From Eledone cirrhosa (lineage: Eukaryota), in contig OZ024748.1 in NCBI GenBank assembly GCA_964016885.1, positions 434,001-498,000 on the forward strand: a DNA stretch of 64,000 bases. Reading direction: 5' to 3'. A program made the translations under genes and the position numbers. The notes below the pieces were generated by a model that saw nothing but the letters and a program-made list of their open reading frames with translations, was not told the DNA's origin and searched no databases. This document shows, piece by piece, positions 44,445-58,837 of the stretch. The first letter of the stretch is position 1. The number at the start of each line of letters is the position of its first letter.

Positions 44445-44630
44445 ACAATAACATGTGGTGGAGGTGAGACAACAGTTTCTGACAGTAATGTGTACCATAT
44501 AGGTGGTGCCAGATGTACAGTAACATGTGGAGGAGGTGAGACAGCAGTTTCTGACAGTAATGTGTACCATATAGGTGGTGCTAGATACACAATAACATGT
44601 GTGGAGGAGGTGAGAGAGATGTTTCTGACG
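44445..44630. repeat. 72-bp tandem repeat, ~2.6 copies
   Basis: TAACATGTG at 44449, 44521, 44593. Confidence 0.88.
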
Positions 44631-44699
44631 ATAATTCGTTCCAAAGTTGTCTTGGTGTAAAAGCTATAAGATAAAACCTGAAGTTTGCTCTCATTAACA

Positions 44700-44857
44700 T
44701 CATTTTCAAATTGCCCCCTTGAACATTCAAATTTCCCTCTTGATTATTCAAATTTCCCCCTTGAAAATGCAAATTTCCATCTTGAATATTCAAATTGCCC
44801 CCTTGAATATTCAAATCGCTCTCCTGGGGGGCGTGCGCCCCACGTTGGGAACCACTG
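44700..44857 (-). mobile_element. hAT-like terminus with 21-bp subterminal repeats
   Basis: Minus CAGTGGTTCCCAAC end; about five copies of TTCAAATT(T/G)CCCCCTTGAA. Confidence 0.55.
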
Positions 44858-45490
44858 CTCTATAATAACGAGATGGGTTCTACCAGATTCAAAATACTCC
44901 AAAAGACAGCATATGTCACTATATCGTGCTACTACGATTCTACCAGAAGTTACGGCTCCATACATCACTATCGTTTCTATTTATATTCACATTTCTTAAC
45001 AGTAACCTAGTTATGGCTCAGAACATTTGCTAAGTTATGATTCAAACACCAGCTGAATCTTCTTGATATCAAACCACACAAAGCAGTGTATATATCAATA
45101 GAAGGTATTTTAAAGGATAAACTCGAAGGCTTCTAAGCGTTAGAGTTGTGGAACATCAGAGAGCCTTAATTATGATGCAGTCAGTGTGTGTATATAAACG
45201 GTCCTTTAAAGGATAAATTGGAAGACCATAAATATTGGAGTTTTAAAACATTAGGGAGCCTTAATTATGGCCCGGATTGTGTATATAGAAGGTCTTTTAA
45301 AGGATAAACTGGAAATATATATATAAATAAATGTATATATATATATATATATATATAAGTTTATCCCGGGTTCAATCGGGGGTAACCACAGTAAGTAAGG
45401 TACTCAATACAAAGCTTCCTCATGATTTCTCATGAATGATACATATATATATTTATTTATATATATATAATATATATATATTATATTATA

Positions 45491-45565
<75 letters not shown>

Positions 45566-45566
<1 letters not shown>

Positions 45567-45848
45567 TAGCAGTGGTACCCGGCGTTGCACGGGATAAGGT
45601 ATTACGAAATATATAACCGCCTTAGCTAAGCTTAGTATTGCCACAACCACGGCTGGCAAAGAAGTAAGGGTGCGGCGGTACGTAAGTAAGCAACACTGTG
45701 GCTTAAAACGTGAGGAAGAAGTTGTGTGCACTTACCAACTGTTTGGGGAATGAGTGTGAGATTTGTCTTAACCGGAGGCTTCTCGAGTTTTAGGGATTCA
45801 AACTCACACTTACACAGACAGACATCCTCAGTTTTATATATATATAGA
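45566..45848 (-). mobile_element. Complete 283-bp non-autonomous Helitron
   Basis: Minus: A|TCTATATATATA..CCCGTG-CAACG-CCGGG..CTAG|T. Canonical TC/CTAG ends, subterminal hairpin, AT target. Confidence 0.85.
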
Positions 45849-45859
45849 TAAATATAGTA

Positions 45860-45995
45860 ATAATTGTTTCTACTTTTGGCACAAGGCCAGCAATTATTCC
45901 AGTGTATTACTGGTACTTTATTTTACCGACCCCATAAGGATGAAAGGCAAAGTTAACCTCGGCGGGATTTGAACTCAGACCATAAAGGGCCGTAT
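45860..45995 (-). mobile_element. tRNA-derived SINE
   Basis: SINE body and B-box. Confidence 0.75.
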
Positions 45996-46043
45996 AGTAA
46001 TAATAATAAATGTGAAGACTAAAATCTTTAATCTGTTATTTTA

Positions 46044-46159
<116 letters not shown>

Positions 46160-46305
46160 CGTGTGTGTGGGTTGTGTTGGTGAAGAATATGATAAACTGG
46201 TGCGGAATTGGAATAAAATGTCCATAAATGGTAGAGAATCACAGTTGGAACTTTACAAAGACAAAACACACAAACACACAGACACACACACATACACACA
46301 CACAT

Positions 46306-46338
<33 letters not shown>

Positions 46339-46851
46339 CAGAGAGAGAGAGAGAGGGGGGGGTAGAGCATATGCTGTAAGCCCAATCAATACAGCCAATG
46401 CTGATATCAGATCGATATGATTGCCTTTGCCGAAAGTTGGATATAAATAACTTAAACACGTAACAACATATGTACATATACATGTGACAGGGCCAGATAA
46501 AGTTCTTTTTAAAGTCCTAAGCACTTAAAAGATTATAGCGTCCCCACCCTACCATGTATAGAAAGTCTGCAATTTTTTTCTTTTAGGACTGTAAATATAT
46601 TCAATTTTAATACAATGGCACCTCCCACTTCCCTTAATGTACTAAACATGGGTTTGTTTTTGTTTAATGAAGGGCCGGACTTTCACCTGCTCAGACTTTA
46701 AGCTATATGAAATTTAGGGCCTCTCTCTAAAAAATAATATATATATTCTTATTAACTGTACTTCGATGTTACTGTTGAACGAACGCATAACGAGGGTCAT
46801 CAGAAATAAAGCATAGCATAATAAGGCTGTTTCAATCGAATATTATTGGAT

Positions 46852-47050
46852 TTGCAGTATCGGTAGAGAGTCGGTCACCATGCTTTGCAGTATAGTGTTA
46901 CGGCCTTTTACGGTCTGAGTTCAAATCCCGCCGAGGTTAACTTTGCCTTTCATCCTTACGGGGTTGATAAAATAAAGTACTGGAGTCGATTTAATCAACT
47001 TTCCCCTCTCCCGAATTACTGGACTTTTGCCTATACTAGAAACCATTATT
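46852..47050 (+). mobile_element. tRNA-derived SINE (variant 3' tail)
   Basis: A-box and B-box (GAGTTCAAATCCC) plus shared body. Confidence 0.75.
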
Positions 47051-47142
47051 ATTCGATATCAAACCCATAAATACATTAATATAATTATCATTTTTATAGT
47101 AATGATAACGAATAAATAATATATGTATATATATATATATAT

Positions 47143-47610
47143 ATTGTTATACTTTGGGAGGGTCATGTTGCCAATAAGAAACACGCACCAGTTGCTTTCA
47201 CTTCAATTTATTATAATAAATTTATAATAAATTTATAAATTTATAAATTTCTGGTTGGTTGGTTGGTTCCACAACCAGATAGTTGTTTATATATTGTCAT
47301 AGTTCTTTCGTCACACACTCTGTGACCTCTTCAGTGACTGGGGATTCCGTTCTTTGTTTCTGTGCCTCTCCTTTGTTCTGTCCTACGCCATTTTGTTTCT
47401 GCATTACCTTAAGGAGTTTGGTATCAAAAAGATTACTTAACAAATGTTCTTGCATAAAATGGTGGAAGATTTTCAGGCAAATATAAACACTTTAAACAGA
47501 AACAAAATGGCGTAGGACAGAACAAAGGAGAGGCACAGAAACAAAGAACGGAATCCCCAGTCACTGAAGAGGTCACAGAGTGTGTGACGAAAGAACTATG
47601 ACAATATATA
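47143..47610. mobile_element. Family M PLE-end fold-back with captured host loop
   Basis: Arms 47288-47401 and 47497-47610. HHRs at 47296-47338(-) and 47560-47602(+). Loop 47401-47496 equals 48231-48326. Confidence 0.85.
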
Positions 47611-47828
47611 GGAGGCTGGACTGGTGTAATTCCTTAAACGTTTATTATACTATGATCATTTCAATGACCGGGTTCAGTATGAATCCGGTGACATCATCAG
47701 GTATTCGAAATTTAACAAAGGAAAATAATCCATGTGGTTGATGATGTCACCGGATTCATACTGAACCCGGTAATTGAAATGTTCATAGTATAATAAACCT
47801 TTAAGGAATTACACCAGTCCAGCCTCCT
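47611..47828. mobile_element. Family O HHR fold-back
   Basis: Arms ~47611-47699 and ~47740-47828. HHR at 47647-47704(-): ATAC-CTGATGA-TGTCACCGG..CCGGTCATT-GAAA-TGATCA-TA-GTAT. Confidence 0.75.
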
Positions 47829-47854
47829 GTTATTTTATAATTATATATATAGAA

Positions 47855-48040
47855 TATAGAAATGGCTTCTACAGGACTAGAATTGTTTCATTCGAAGGAA
47901 ATCATCAAGAAAGGCTTTCCTGATGATTTCCTTCGAATGAAACAATTCTAGTCCTGTAGAAGCCATTTCTATATTAAATATTTATACTCTGCTATGTATT
48001 GAGTACCTTACTTACTGTGGTTACACTCGACTGAACCCGG
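47855..48040. mobile_element. Family J HHR fold-back
   Basis: HHR at 47913-47964(+): GGCTTTC-CTGATGA-TTTC(CTTC)GAAT-GAAA-CA..TG-TA-GAAGCC. Apex ~47913. Confidence 0.78.
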
Positions 48041-48043
48041 GCG

Positions 48044-48111
<68 letters not shown>

Positions 48112-48340
48112 GTTTGGGTATTTAGTGTTAAAGAATAAAAACTAATGATTAAAAAAAATGTTTTAAAAAAAGGGGCCCCCGAGGGTGTGTGAACCTAAGC
48201 TATACCTTATTTAGCTTATAGGTAAGTTCAGCATTACCTTAAGGAGTTTGGTATCAAAAAGATTACTTAACAAATGTTCTTGCATAAAATGGTGGAAGAT
48301 TTTCAGGCAAATATAAACACTTTAAAATACTTTGCCTTAC

Positions 48341-49436
48341 CTTTGTATCCACCAGGTGTGTTCAGATGTTTGTTAATTTGAAGGTGGTTTAAGGTAGCCC
48401 AGTAATATTCATCCGGACTTGAAATGTCTTGCATCCACTCTAGAAGATCGCGGGCTCGTTTATCAAAGAGAATGTACTGAACGAAGCTTTTGCTGAACAC
48501 ACCGTATGCACTGCCCTTCACGATACTGATCTTGTGTGGGGGTGGCGCTTTCCTTTTGTTCGTTCGTTTGATGTAGCTTGTATCGTCTTTACGTGAAAAA
48601 TAAATAGCATGACGGTATTGGTATCGTTCAGGTAACATCCGTTTACCTGTAATACCTTCGATGTCATTGGCTCCGTTGTAGACCTTGAGAATTTCTACGA
48701 GTTCTGCGTTGGTTTTCAACGGATATACCTGACTGGGTAAATTGATGAAATACTTCCAGCTGCCGTTTCGTGATATGAGATCCATCATACAGTTGATGTC
48801 AGCTTGCAGACGAGAGAACGACGAATAGACAACCTCTTCCAATTTGGAAGCAATGAAGACGTTATCGAAACAGGTTACCAATTGTATGACTGCATAGTGG
48901 AGCTGGAACGGTGATTTGGCGTCAATGTGTAAACAATACCAATTATGTGGCCTGTAAATGGCTCGAAGAAGTTTCTCGACTTGGACAAAATCTTTATAAA
49001 ATAAAATACTGTAAGCGAGTGGGAATTTGTGTTCTTCCGGAGATATGTCAAGTATGTAATTATGTTTTTTTTTAAAGCTATCACAGTCTGAAAACTGTCG
49101 AAGGATTTCTTCTTCCGGAGTTGGTTTCATATCCTTCATCACATTCAGTGCTCGTACTAACTCGGTTTCGTTCATATTAAAAATGGCTTCACAATCAACC
49201 GATTTGACGAGGCGGTTTTCCGGATCACAATATGACGGTCGCTTATCTGACGCGGTTCGAATGATTCCTCCGGCGTGTCCCGACCGCCCAGAGCCTTTGT
49301 CATCTCCCACAGAGTGCTTCCTCATCAGCTGGCTTGAGAAAGAGTTCAATTTGAAGACTGCATATGTGAAGGTAACAGTACCAGTAAGAAACAGAAATAT
49401 TAGTAGCTTCTTCCATCGCCGACCAATGCTGTTCAT
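48341..49436 (-). CDS. GCNT1: Core-2/I-branching beta-1,6-N-acetylglucosaminyltransferase (GCNT family, GT14), main coding exon
   Basis: Part of ORF 48303..49619. ATG at 49436 (MNSIGRRWKKLLIFLFLTGTVTFTYAVF: type II membrane anchor). GT14 motifs FPLAYSIL, LLRAIYRPHNWYCLHIDAKS, NVFIASKLEEVVY, RLQADINCM, WKYFINL, PLKTN, KGSAY, SPDEYYWATL. Acceptor (T)n-CAG at 49541-49540; donor AAG|GTAAGG at 48341|48340. The symbol is family-level only; the paralog is not resolved. Confidence 0.93.
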
Positions 49437-49790
49437 AGTCTTGTTCCGTTTCTTCCGTTTCGCTCCTCCGCTCTGTTTCTTGCGAGAGTTGGGCCGCCGT
49501 GAGGAGGAGGAGCAGGAGGAGGAAGAGGACCGGTTTAATCTGAAAAAAAAAAAAAAAAATGGTAAACTCCCTGCATCAGTTGTCAGCTGCCGAGACACTG
49601 CATCCTTTAAGACCTCCATGCTTCCCGAGATTAGCTAACACTATACCTAATGTTCTCCCTCCATACACACGCACACATGTAAATCATGACTCATACACTA
49701 TTCACTTCGCTGACATTTGTATATTATTCTATGTACTATACATGCACCTTTGACGAGATGTAGTGCACCTGAGCACTGTACACAATAATT

Positions 49791-49826
<36 letters not shown>

Positions 49827-49944
49827 TTTTTCCCATCTTGACGACATAGTCGCATATATGTTATGGAATACTGTTAGCTTCTCGCTAAAACAATTTCTAT
49901 ACCTTTCATTTATATGTATATATATATATGTATATACATTTATG

Positions 49945-50546
49945 TTAGGTCACCAGTTGGTGCTACTGGTAACATGTATCCCAGTACAACCTGTCTCATG
50001 GTCGGGTCGTTGGCGACTAAACTGGCAACCCCACCAAGGTTTCTTGGTGAGGAGGGTGACTTTGCACATCCTGCGGGACTAAAAACAAAACCTGTCAAAG
50101 GGCAAAGGAGCTCTTAAGAGTCAATGGCCATCCAAAATCACCGGGAGAGATGACCCCTTAGCCTTTGTCAAGGCAGAATTCTAGGAGAAGGAAAACTCTG
50201 ATATAACACCTGCAACTCTGATGGTATCCAATGATGTTGACATGTTCTTATTTTTGGTAAATATCATCTTGGTTAAGAGAGTGGGACTGGCTTTGTGTAG
50301 TGCCTTTACTCACTATAAAAGCTTCACGGCACAGGCATTGCTTTATATCTGGAGATCTCTCTGCACTTGTCACATGGTACCAGGGCCCAGCACTATGTGT
50401 CAATAATTGTCACAAGTGTAGTGTTTGTACCAGAGTTTTCAAGTCGCTGGCTGGACTAAAAGTCACACTCGTTCAGCGCATCGGTAGGGGTTCTCCTACA
50501 TGGATATAAAGTAGTGGCCGTACTCGAAAACGAGTTGGCAGCCACC

Positions 50547-50550
<4 letters not shown>
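49945..50550 (+). mobile_element. Probable internally deleted RTE-like LINE
   Basis: C2H2-like tail CSVCTRVFKSLAGLKSHTR (frameshifted) at ~50415-50475; ends at (TA)n. Confidence 0.4.
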
Positions 50551-50601
<51 letters not shown>

Positions 50602-51537
50602 AACACACATTAACCCCCCCCCCTATATATATATATATCCGAGACCCACAGTAGACAACTGATGAGAAAAGCCCCCCCCCCTGTTTTTGCTTTCTTCTTA
50701 TTATTATTTTTAAGCGTACCTTAACTAGCAACTACACAGCCATCCTATTCTCCATATATTTTATATATATATACAAACACACTTTTATATACATAGACAA
50801 AGGCTGACAGATAACAGCAGCTTCCTTTTCTCTCGTTTAATTTTGTTGTTTCCGTATATTTTAATTAGTCAATTTCACGATCGTGAATATAGAACAATAG
50901 ATGCTCCCGTCTATCTATCTACCTGATTCTTTTTTCAAATACCACTTTGGAAGAAGAATCAGGATGGAGAGAGAGGTGCTGTACCCCAGCAAGTTTTATG
51001 AAAGGTGGGTGAAATTCTCTCTATATCAGCCTGTAGGTTGAGGAAAAAGAGGAAGAGAGGAAAGGGGTACTCACTCTTCGTACTCCTGGAGATGAGGGTT
51101 GCACATTTTTTCGGGGGTATGTGTTACCCATATGTAATGGGTAACACATTGGGGAAAATCGATTGTTTTTTAAATTGCATTTGTGATAGTATTTTACATG
51201 TTTTTATTGTATGTGAACTTCCCCCTTTGTATTTGTCCCCTCCTTTTGTGCCCCTGTGGCTAATAAAGAAACATATATATCTACTGTAGGTTGAAGAAAA
51301 GAGCAAAAGGAAGAAAGGATCACTTGCACAACATGCTCCTGGAGTTGAAGGTTGTTCTATCTACGTAATATAAAACAACCAATTTGTAACGCCTCCCCCC
51401 TATTGGGGATTTCGATTGTTGAATTTGTTTGTTAAAAATTTTTTTATGTATGTAAAATTTTTTTATGTATGTAAAATCCCCGGCATATGTCTTTGTATTA
51501 TCCCCTTTTCTTGTGCGCCCTTATGGCAAACAAAGAA

Positions 51538-51584
<47 letters not shown>

Positions 51585-52179
51585 AATATATCTATTTATG
51601 CAACGTATGTACGTACAATTAAATAGACATACACACATACACATACACAAACGTACACACTTATACAGACATACATATACACAAACGTACAAACTTATAC
51701 ATACATATTATCGCTTGTATATACATACACATACACACACACTAACATACACATACATACATATTTACACACACGCGCGCGTACACACTTATACACGCAT
51801 ATAACGTTCAAATACCATCGTCTGCATATACATACATATACATACATATACAAATATACTATATTAATCTCTCTTGTATACACATTCATAAAGTTACAAT
51901 GTTATCGTTTGTATACACACACTCATATACACCCATACATACACACATATGCACATATACAAACTTGTATGCATATACATATACAAACATACTATATCTT
52001 TCTCATATACACATTCATAAAGTTACATTATTAGTGTGTATATACACACACACATATATGCACACACGTACACATACACACATATACACACACACATAAG
52101 GATAATATATTATCGTCTGTATATACATATACATTACAAACATACTATATCTTTCTTGTCTACACATTCAAGTTACAAT

Positions 52180-52290
52180 AATTGTTTCTACTTTAGGCAC
52201 AAGGCCAGCAATTACCCAGTGCATTACTGGTACTTTATTTTATCGACCCCGTAAGGATGAAAGGCAAAGTCAACCTCGGCGGGATTTACA
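52180..52290 (-). mobile_element. tRNA-derived SINE fragment
   Basis: SINE body. Confidence 0.72.
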
Positions 52291-52470
52291 ATAATATCGT
52301 TTGTATACACACATAGATATACACACATAGGGTTAATATACTATCGTATGTGTGTGTGTATATATATATATATATACAAAAACTGTATTATCTCTCTTGT
52401 ATACACATTCATAGTTACAATGTTATCACACACACACACATACAGAGAGAGAGCGAGATACACACACACA

Positions 52471-52538
<68 letters not shown>

Positions 52539-52689
52539 TACACATAAGGTCTGCATACTATCGTCTGCATATACATATACAAATATACTATATTAGCTCT
52601 CTTGTATACACACATTCATAAAGTTACAATATTATCACAGACACACACACACACAGAGTGGTAGACATATAGAAATATAGGGGATGAAA

Positions 52690-52780
52690 TATCGACCCCA
52701 GTGCATTACTGGTACTTTATATTATCGACCCATAGAAGGATGAAAGGCAAAGTTGACTTCGGCCTGATTTGAACCCAGAG
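52690..52780 (-). mobile_element. tRNA-derived SINE body fused to the 54-bp array
   Basis: Its B-box GGGTTCAAATC is continuous with the first repeat unit. Confidence 0.75.
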
Positions 52781-54536
52781 AGCAGAGAGAGCCGTGTCTA
52801 TATACATAGAGCGTTCTATCTGTTGAACCCAGAGAGCAGAGAGAGCCGTGTCTATATACATAGAGCGTTCTATCTGTCGAACCCAGAGAGGAGATAGAGC
52901 AGTGTCTGTATACATAGAGCGTTCTATCTGTTGAACCCAGAGAGCAGAGAGAGCCGTGTCTATATACATAGAGCGTTCTATCTGTCGAACCCAGAGAGGA
53001 GATAGAGCAGTGTCTGTATACATAGAGCGTTCTATCTGTCGAACCCAGAGAGCAGAGAGAGCCGTGTCTATATACATAGAGCGTTCTATCTGTCGAACCC
53101 AGAGAGGAGAGGGAGCCGTGTCTATATACATAGAGCGTTCTATCTGTCGAACCCAGAGAGGAGAGGGAGCCGTGTCTATATACATAGAGCGTTCTATCTG
53201 TCGAACCCAGAGAGCAGAGAGAGCCGTGTCTAAATACATAGAGCGTTCTATCTGTCGAACCCAGAGAGGAGAGGGAGCCGTGTCTATATACATAGAGCGT
53301 TCTATCTGTCGAACCCAGAGAGCAGAGAGCGCCGTGTCTATATACATAGAGCGTTCTATCTGTCGAACCCAGAGAGGAAATAGAGCAGTGTCTATATACA
53401 TAGAGCGTTCTATCTGTCGAACCCAGAGAGCAGAGAGCGCCGTGTCTTTATACATAGAGCGTTCTATCTGTCGAACCCAGAGAGGAGATAGAGCAGTGTC
53501 TATATACATAGAGCGTTCTATCTGTCGAACCCAGAGAAGAGATAGAGCAGTGTGTATATACATAGAGCGTTCTATCTGTCGAACCCAGAGAGGAGATAGA
53601 GCCGTGTGTATATACATAGAGCGTTCTATCTGTCGAACCCAGAGAGCAGAGAGAGTCGTGTCTTTATACATAGAGCGTTCTATCTGTCGAACCCAGAGAG
53701 GAGATAGAGCAGTGTCTATATACATAGAGCGTTCTATCTGTCGAACCCAGAGAGGAGATAGAGCCGTGTGTATATACATAGAGCGTTCTATCTGTCGAAC
53801 CCAGAGAGCAGAGAGAGTCGTGTCTTTATACATAGAGCGTTCTATCTGTCGAACCCAGAGAGCAGAGAGAGTCGTGTCTATATACATAGAGCGTTCTATC
53901 TGTCGAGCCCAGGGAGGAGATAGAGCAGTGTGTATATACATAGAGCGTTCTATCTGTTGAACCCAGAGAGGAGAGAGAGCCGTGTCTATATACATAGAGC
54001 GTTCTATCCGTTGAACCCAGAGAGGAGATAGAGCAGTGTGTATATACATAGAGCGTTCTATCTGTTGAACCCAGAGAGGAGAGAGAGCCGTGTCTATATA
54101 CATAGAGCGTTCTATCTGTTGAACCCAGAGAGGAGATAGAGCCATGTGTGTATATACATAGAGCATTCTGTCTGTCGAACCAAAGAGCAGATAGAGCAGT
54201 GTGTGTATACATAGAGCGTTCTATCTGTCGAGCCCAGGGAGGAGATAGAGCAGTCTCTATATACATAGAGCGTTCTATCCGTTGAACCCAGAGAGGAGAT
54301 AGAGCAGTGTGTATATACATAGAGCGTTCTATCTGTTGAACCCAGAGAGGAGAGAGAGCCGTGTCTATATACATAGAGCGTTCTATCTGTTGAACCCAGA
54401 GAGGAGATAGAGCCATGTGTGTATATACATAGAGCATTCTGTCTGTCGAACCAAAGAGCAGATAGAGCAGTGTGTGTATACATAGAGCGTTCTATCTGTT
54501 CAACCCAGAGAGGAGATAGAACCATGTGTGTATATA
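52771..54536. repeat. 54-bp tandem array, ~33 copies
   Basis: Unit GAACCCAGAGAGGAGATAGAGCAGTGTCTATATACATAGAGCGTTCTATCTGTC (period 52771 to 52825); ~271-bp higher-order duplication near the right end. Confidence 0.95.
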
Positions 54537-54537
54537 C

Positions 54538-54744
54538 CAGTCCTGCCAACCACTAAAAGCCCAAACGAGGAGTACCAAGAAAATTATGGCCCAAAACTGC
54601 GGAGAGATGAGGCAAAATGGGAAGATTTCACATAGTGAAAACTATACCCATTTTCACAAAAACGGGGAGAAATGAGCCAAAACGGGGAGAAATGAGCCAA
54701 AACGGGAAGATCTCCCCGTCGGACGGGGAGAGTTGACAGGTCTG
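54538..54744 (-). mobile_element. ~200-bp MITE-like element, copy 2
   Basis: Termini CAGTCCTGCCAAC and GTTGACAGGTCTG; ATATAC on both flanks. Confidence 0.6.
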
Positions 54745-54969
54745 ATATACGTAAAGAATTCTATTTGACGTTCTAACGACTCTGCCAATTCACCGCCATT
54801 TTGTATATTATCGTTATTTTAATGAACGAACGTATCGCTAAATAACAGGAGTTCATTCATAATTTTCAGCCTGTAGTGTCACACATATCCACACACACAG
54901 CTTTAATAAAATGATTCACCATTGCAGTAAACACACGACCTTCGTTATCTAACGCTAGTATTATATACG

Positions 54970-55086
<117 letters not shown>

Positions 55087-55142
55087 ATGTATGTAAAAGG
55101 TAAACAGAAATAACAACATAGTAGGTACAGTATATGTATATA

Positions 55143-55221
<79 letters not shown>

Positions 55222-55263
55222 ATTTATATATATATATGTATATATATATATGTATATATATAT

Positions 55264-55320
<57 letters not shown>

Positions 55321-55339
55321 TACATATGTATATATATAT

Positions 55340-55403
<64 letters not shown>

Positions 55404-55671
55404 TTGTATACAGCATGTGTATGAGGTGTGACTGTGTATATATATGTGTGTATATGTAATGTGACTGTGTGTAGTGTATGTATGAGGTGTAACTGTGTGT
55501 GTGTTCAGAGAGAGTCAATTTCCTGTCTGGTCAGCAAAAATTTCCGCATCTAGCGTACACCACACCATTATTAGTGGTGACATCAATAGAGGGGTGGGTA
55601 GTTGTGGTGGTGGTGGTGGCGGTGGTGGTGGTGGTGGTGTTCGAGGGTAGTGGTGGTGAGTGTGCGAAGGA

Positions 55672-55970
55672 GGTAGATTTGACAACTGTCATTGGTGTGG
55701 AGGGTATATTCGAGATGAGGGACTACTTACTCGCTCGTTTCATAATGTGAGAAAGGGGTAGATTTGACAACTTTTATTGGTGTGGAGGCTATTTTCGAGA
55801 TGAGGGATAACTAACTCACACGTTTTATAATGTGAGAAGGGGGTAGATTTGACAACTGTCATTGGTGTGGAGGGTATATTCGAGATGAGGGACTACTAAC
55901 TTACAGAACAGAACATGGGCACATTTGTTTTGTTTCATAATATGAGAAGTGGGTAGATTTGACAACTACT
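55672..55970. repeat. 85-bp tandem repeat, ~3 copies
   Basis: GGTAGATTTGACAACT at ~55672, 55757, 55842, partial at 55952. Confidence 0.88.
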
Positions 55971-55974
55971 GTTT

Positions 55975-56975
55975 TTCATATTATTGTTGTCGTTACTACT
56001 GTTGTTATTATTATTACTGTTGTTGTTACTGTTGTTTTTGTTGTTATTGTTGTTGTTGTTTCTGTTGTAATTGTTATTGTTGTTATTTCTACTGCTGTTA
56101 TTGTTGTTTTTGTTGTTATTGTTGTTGTTACTGTTGTTATTATTGTTATTGTTATTGTTGTTATTACTGCTGTTATTGTTATTGTCGCTAATGTTGTTTT
56201 TGCTGTTATTGCTGTCGTTGTTACTGTTGATGTTGTTATTGCTGTTACTGTTGTTATTGTTGTTAATTTTGTTGTTACTGTTGTTGTTATTGTTGTTACT
56301 GTTGTTTTTATTACTGTTGTTATGGTTGTTGACACTACTGTTGTTACTGTTGTTACAGTTGCTATTGTTGTTATTGTTGTTGCTACTGTTGCTATTTTTG
56401 TTGCTAATACAACCAGTATTGCCTCTACACTTCACGTGGTGCAGTTATTGCTAATACTACTGTCACTACTACTGCAGCTAGAACTGCTGCTATTGCTGTT
56501 GTTGCTGCTACTGTTGTTGTTGACGTTGTTGTTGCTGCAGTTGTGGCTGTTGTTGTTGTTGTTGTTGTTGTTACTGCTGGTGTTGTTGCTACTGCTACTG
56601 TTGTTGTTGATGTTGTTGCTACTGCTGTAGTTGGTGTTGTTGCTGCTGTTGCTGTTGTTGTTAATGTTGCTGTTGTTACTGCTCTTGTTGTTAGTGTTGT
56701 TGTTGTTGTTGGTGTTGTTGTTGTTGTTGTTGCTGTTGTTGTTGGTGATGTTGCTGTTGTTACTGCTCTTGTTGTTACTGCTGTTGTAGTTAGTGCTGTT
56801 GTTGTTGCTGTTGTTGTTAGTGTTGTTGATGTTGCTGTTGTTCTTATTGTTCTTGGTGTTGATGTTGCTGTTGCTGCTGTCAATGGTGTTGCTACTGCTG
56901 TTGTTGTTGTTGTGGTGTTACTGCTGCAGCTACTGCTGCTACTGCTGTTGCTGCTGTCCCTGCTGCTGTCATTGT
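55975..56975. repeat. (TTG/TTA/CTG)n low-complexity array
   Basis: Seen directly. Confidence 0.93.
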
Positions 56976-57130
56976 TTTATGAGGATGCCGTATAAAATTG
57001 ACCCTAACTGTGTAGCTATGTTGTCAGGCACGTGTGTGTGTGTGCATGTATGTATACACACACCGCACACTTATATGTACGTATGTGTGTGTGTATATAT
57101 GTACATATATATATATGTATACATATGTAT

Positions 57131-57194
<64 letters not shown>

Positions 57195-57574
57195 CATTAT
57201 ATAACATATATATATAATACTTACAATATATACCAAATATATATATACCATATATATATACAGAGAGAGAGAGAGAGAGAGGGGGGGATAGAGAGAGAGA
57301 GACAAAGAAAGAGAGAGAGTATCAGAAGATAACCAACGATGCTATCTTATAAAGCCATGTCTAAAATAGATCTCAGTCAACAACTGAAATTCAATGTTTT
57401 GAATTTCGTTCAAATGTAGTTAAGACTTCTGGAACAGTAACCATCCCGTTCTATGTATATCACAGTGGGAGGTTTATGTCTATCTATCTGTTTATCTGTC
57501 TAGAAAGATATCTATTTATCTATATATCTATGTAACTATGTATATATATATGTATATATATATATATATGTATA

Positions 57575-57922
<348 letters not shown>

Positions 57923-58167
57923 TTTGGTCTACGGTTCTTATATATTTGATATATATTTATCCTTATCGAGCCCTCTTTGGATTTTAGTCTTCAAATTTAT
58001 TATTATTAGTATATATATATATATAGTGGTAGAACACCGGAAGGTAATATCCGTAGTGGTAGAGCACTCAGTCCATGGGACGAGTTAGGTAGAAGTGGTT
58101 ACGAGCTGAGGATCTGCTAAGGTGAAACAATTGTTCTCGGTATGGTGAACTAACTGCTGTGTAACCA

Positions 58168-58311
<144 letters not shown>

Positions 58312-58380
58312 TGTCTATATTTGGACCAGAAATAGCCGTCGAAACGGCTTGAGCTGTGCCGTCGGGGTCATACTTTTTCC

Positions 58381-58425
<45 letters not shown>

Positions 58426-58516
58426 ATGTGCATACACACATTATATAAATTCAATGCTGTAATTTCTAAATTTAAACACACACATGGTTATATATATATA
58501 TACAGTATATATACAG

Positions 58517-58555
<39 letters not shown>

Positions 58556-58660
58556 CTAACTAATTTTATTTGAATTTCTTGTTGAGGAAATTTGTGATAA
58601 GTTCTTTGGGCGGTAGGGATGGGTGGGGTGTTTATAAGCTGCGGTGTAGTGTAAAGCATA

Positions 58661-58837
<177 letters not shown>

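Noticed and set aside
49437-49619. N-terminal 61 aa of ORF 48303..49619 as the true start
   Set aside because: Crosses a poly-T/CAG acceptor at 49540 (the poly-Phe is the pyrimidine tract); the ATG at 49436 directly precedes the membrane anchor.
52706-54549. 486-aa and 334-aa repeat ORFs; superficially CRISPR-like periodicity
   Set aside because: The 54-bp unit is a multiple of 3 and stop-free in some frames on both strands. There are no unique spacers or cas genes, and the context is eukaryotic.
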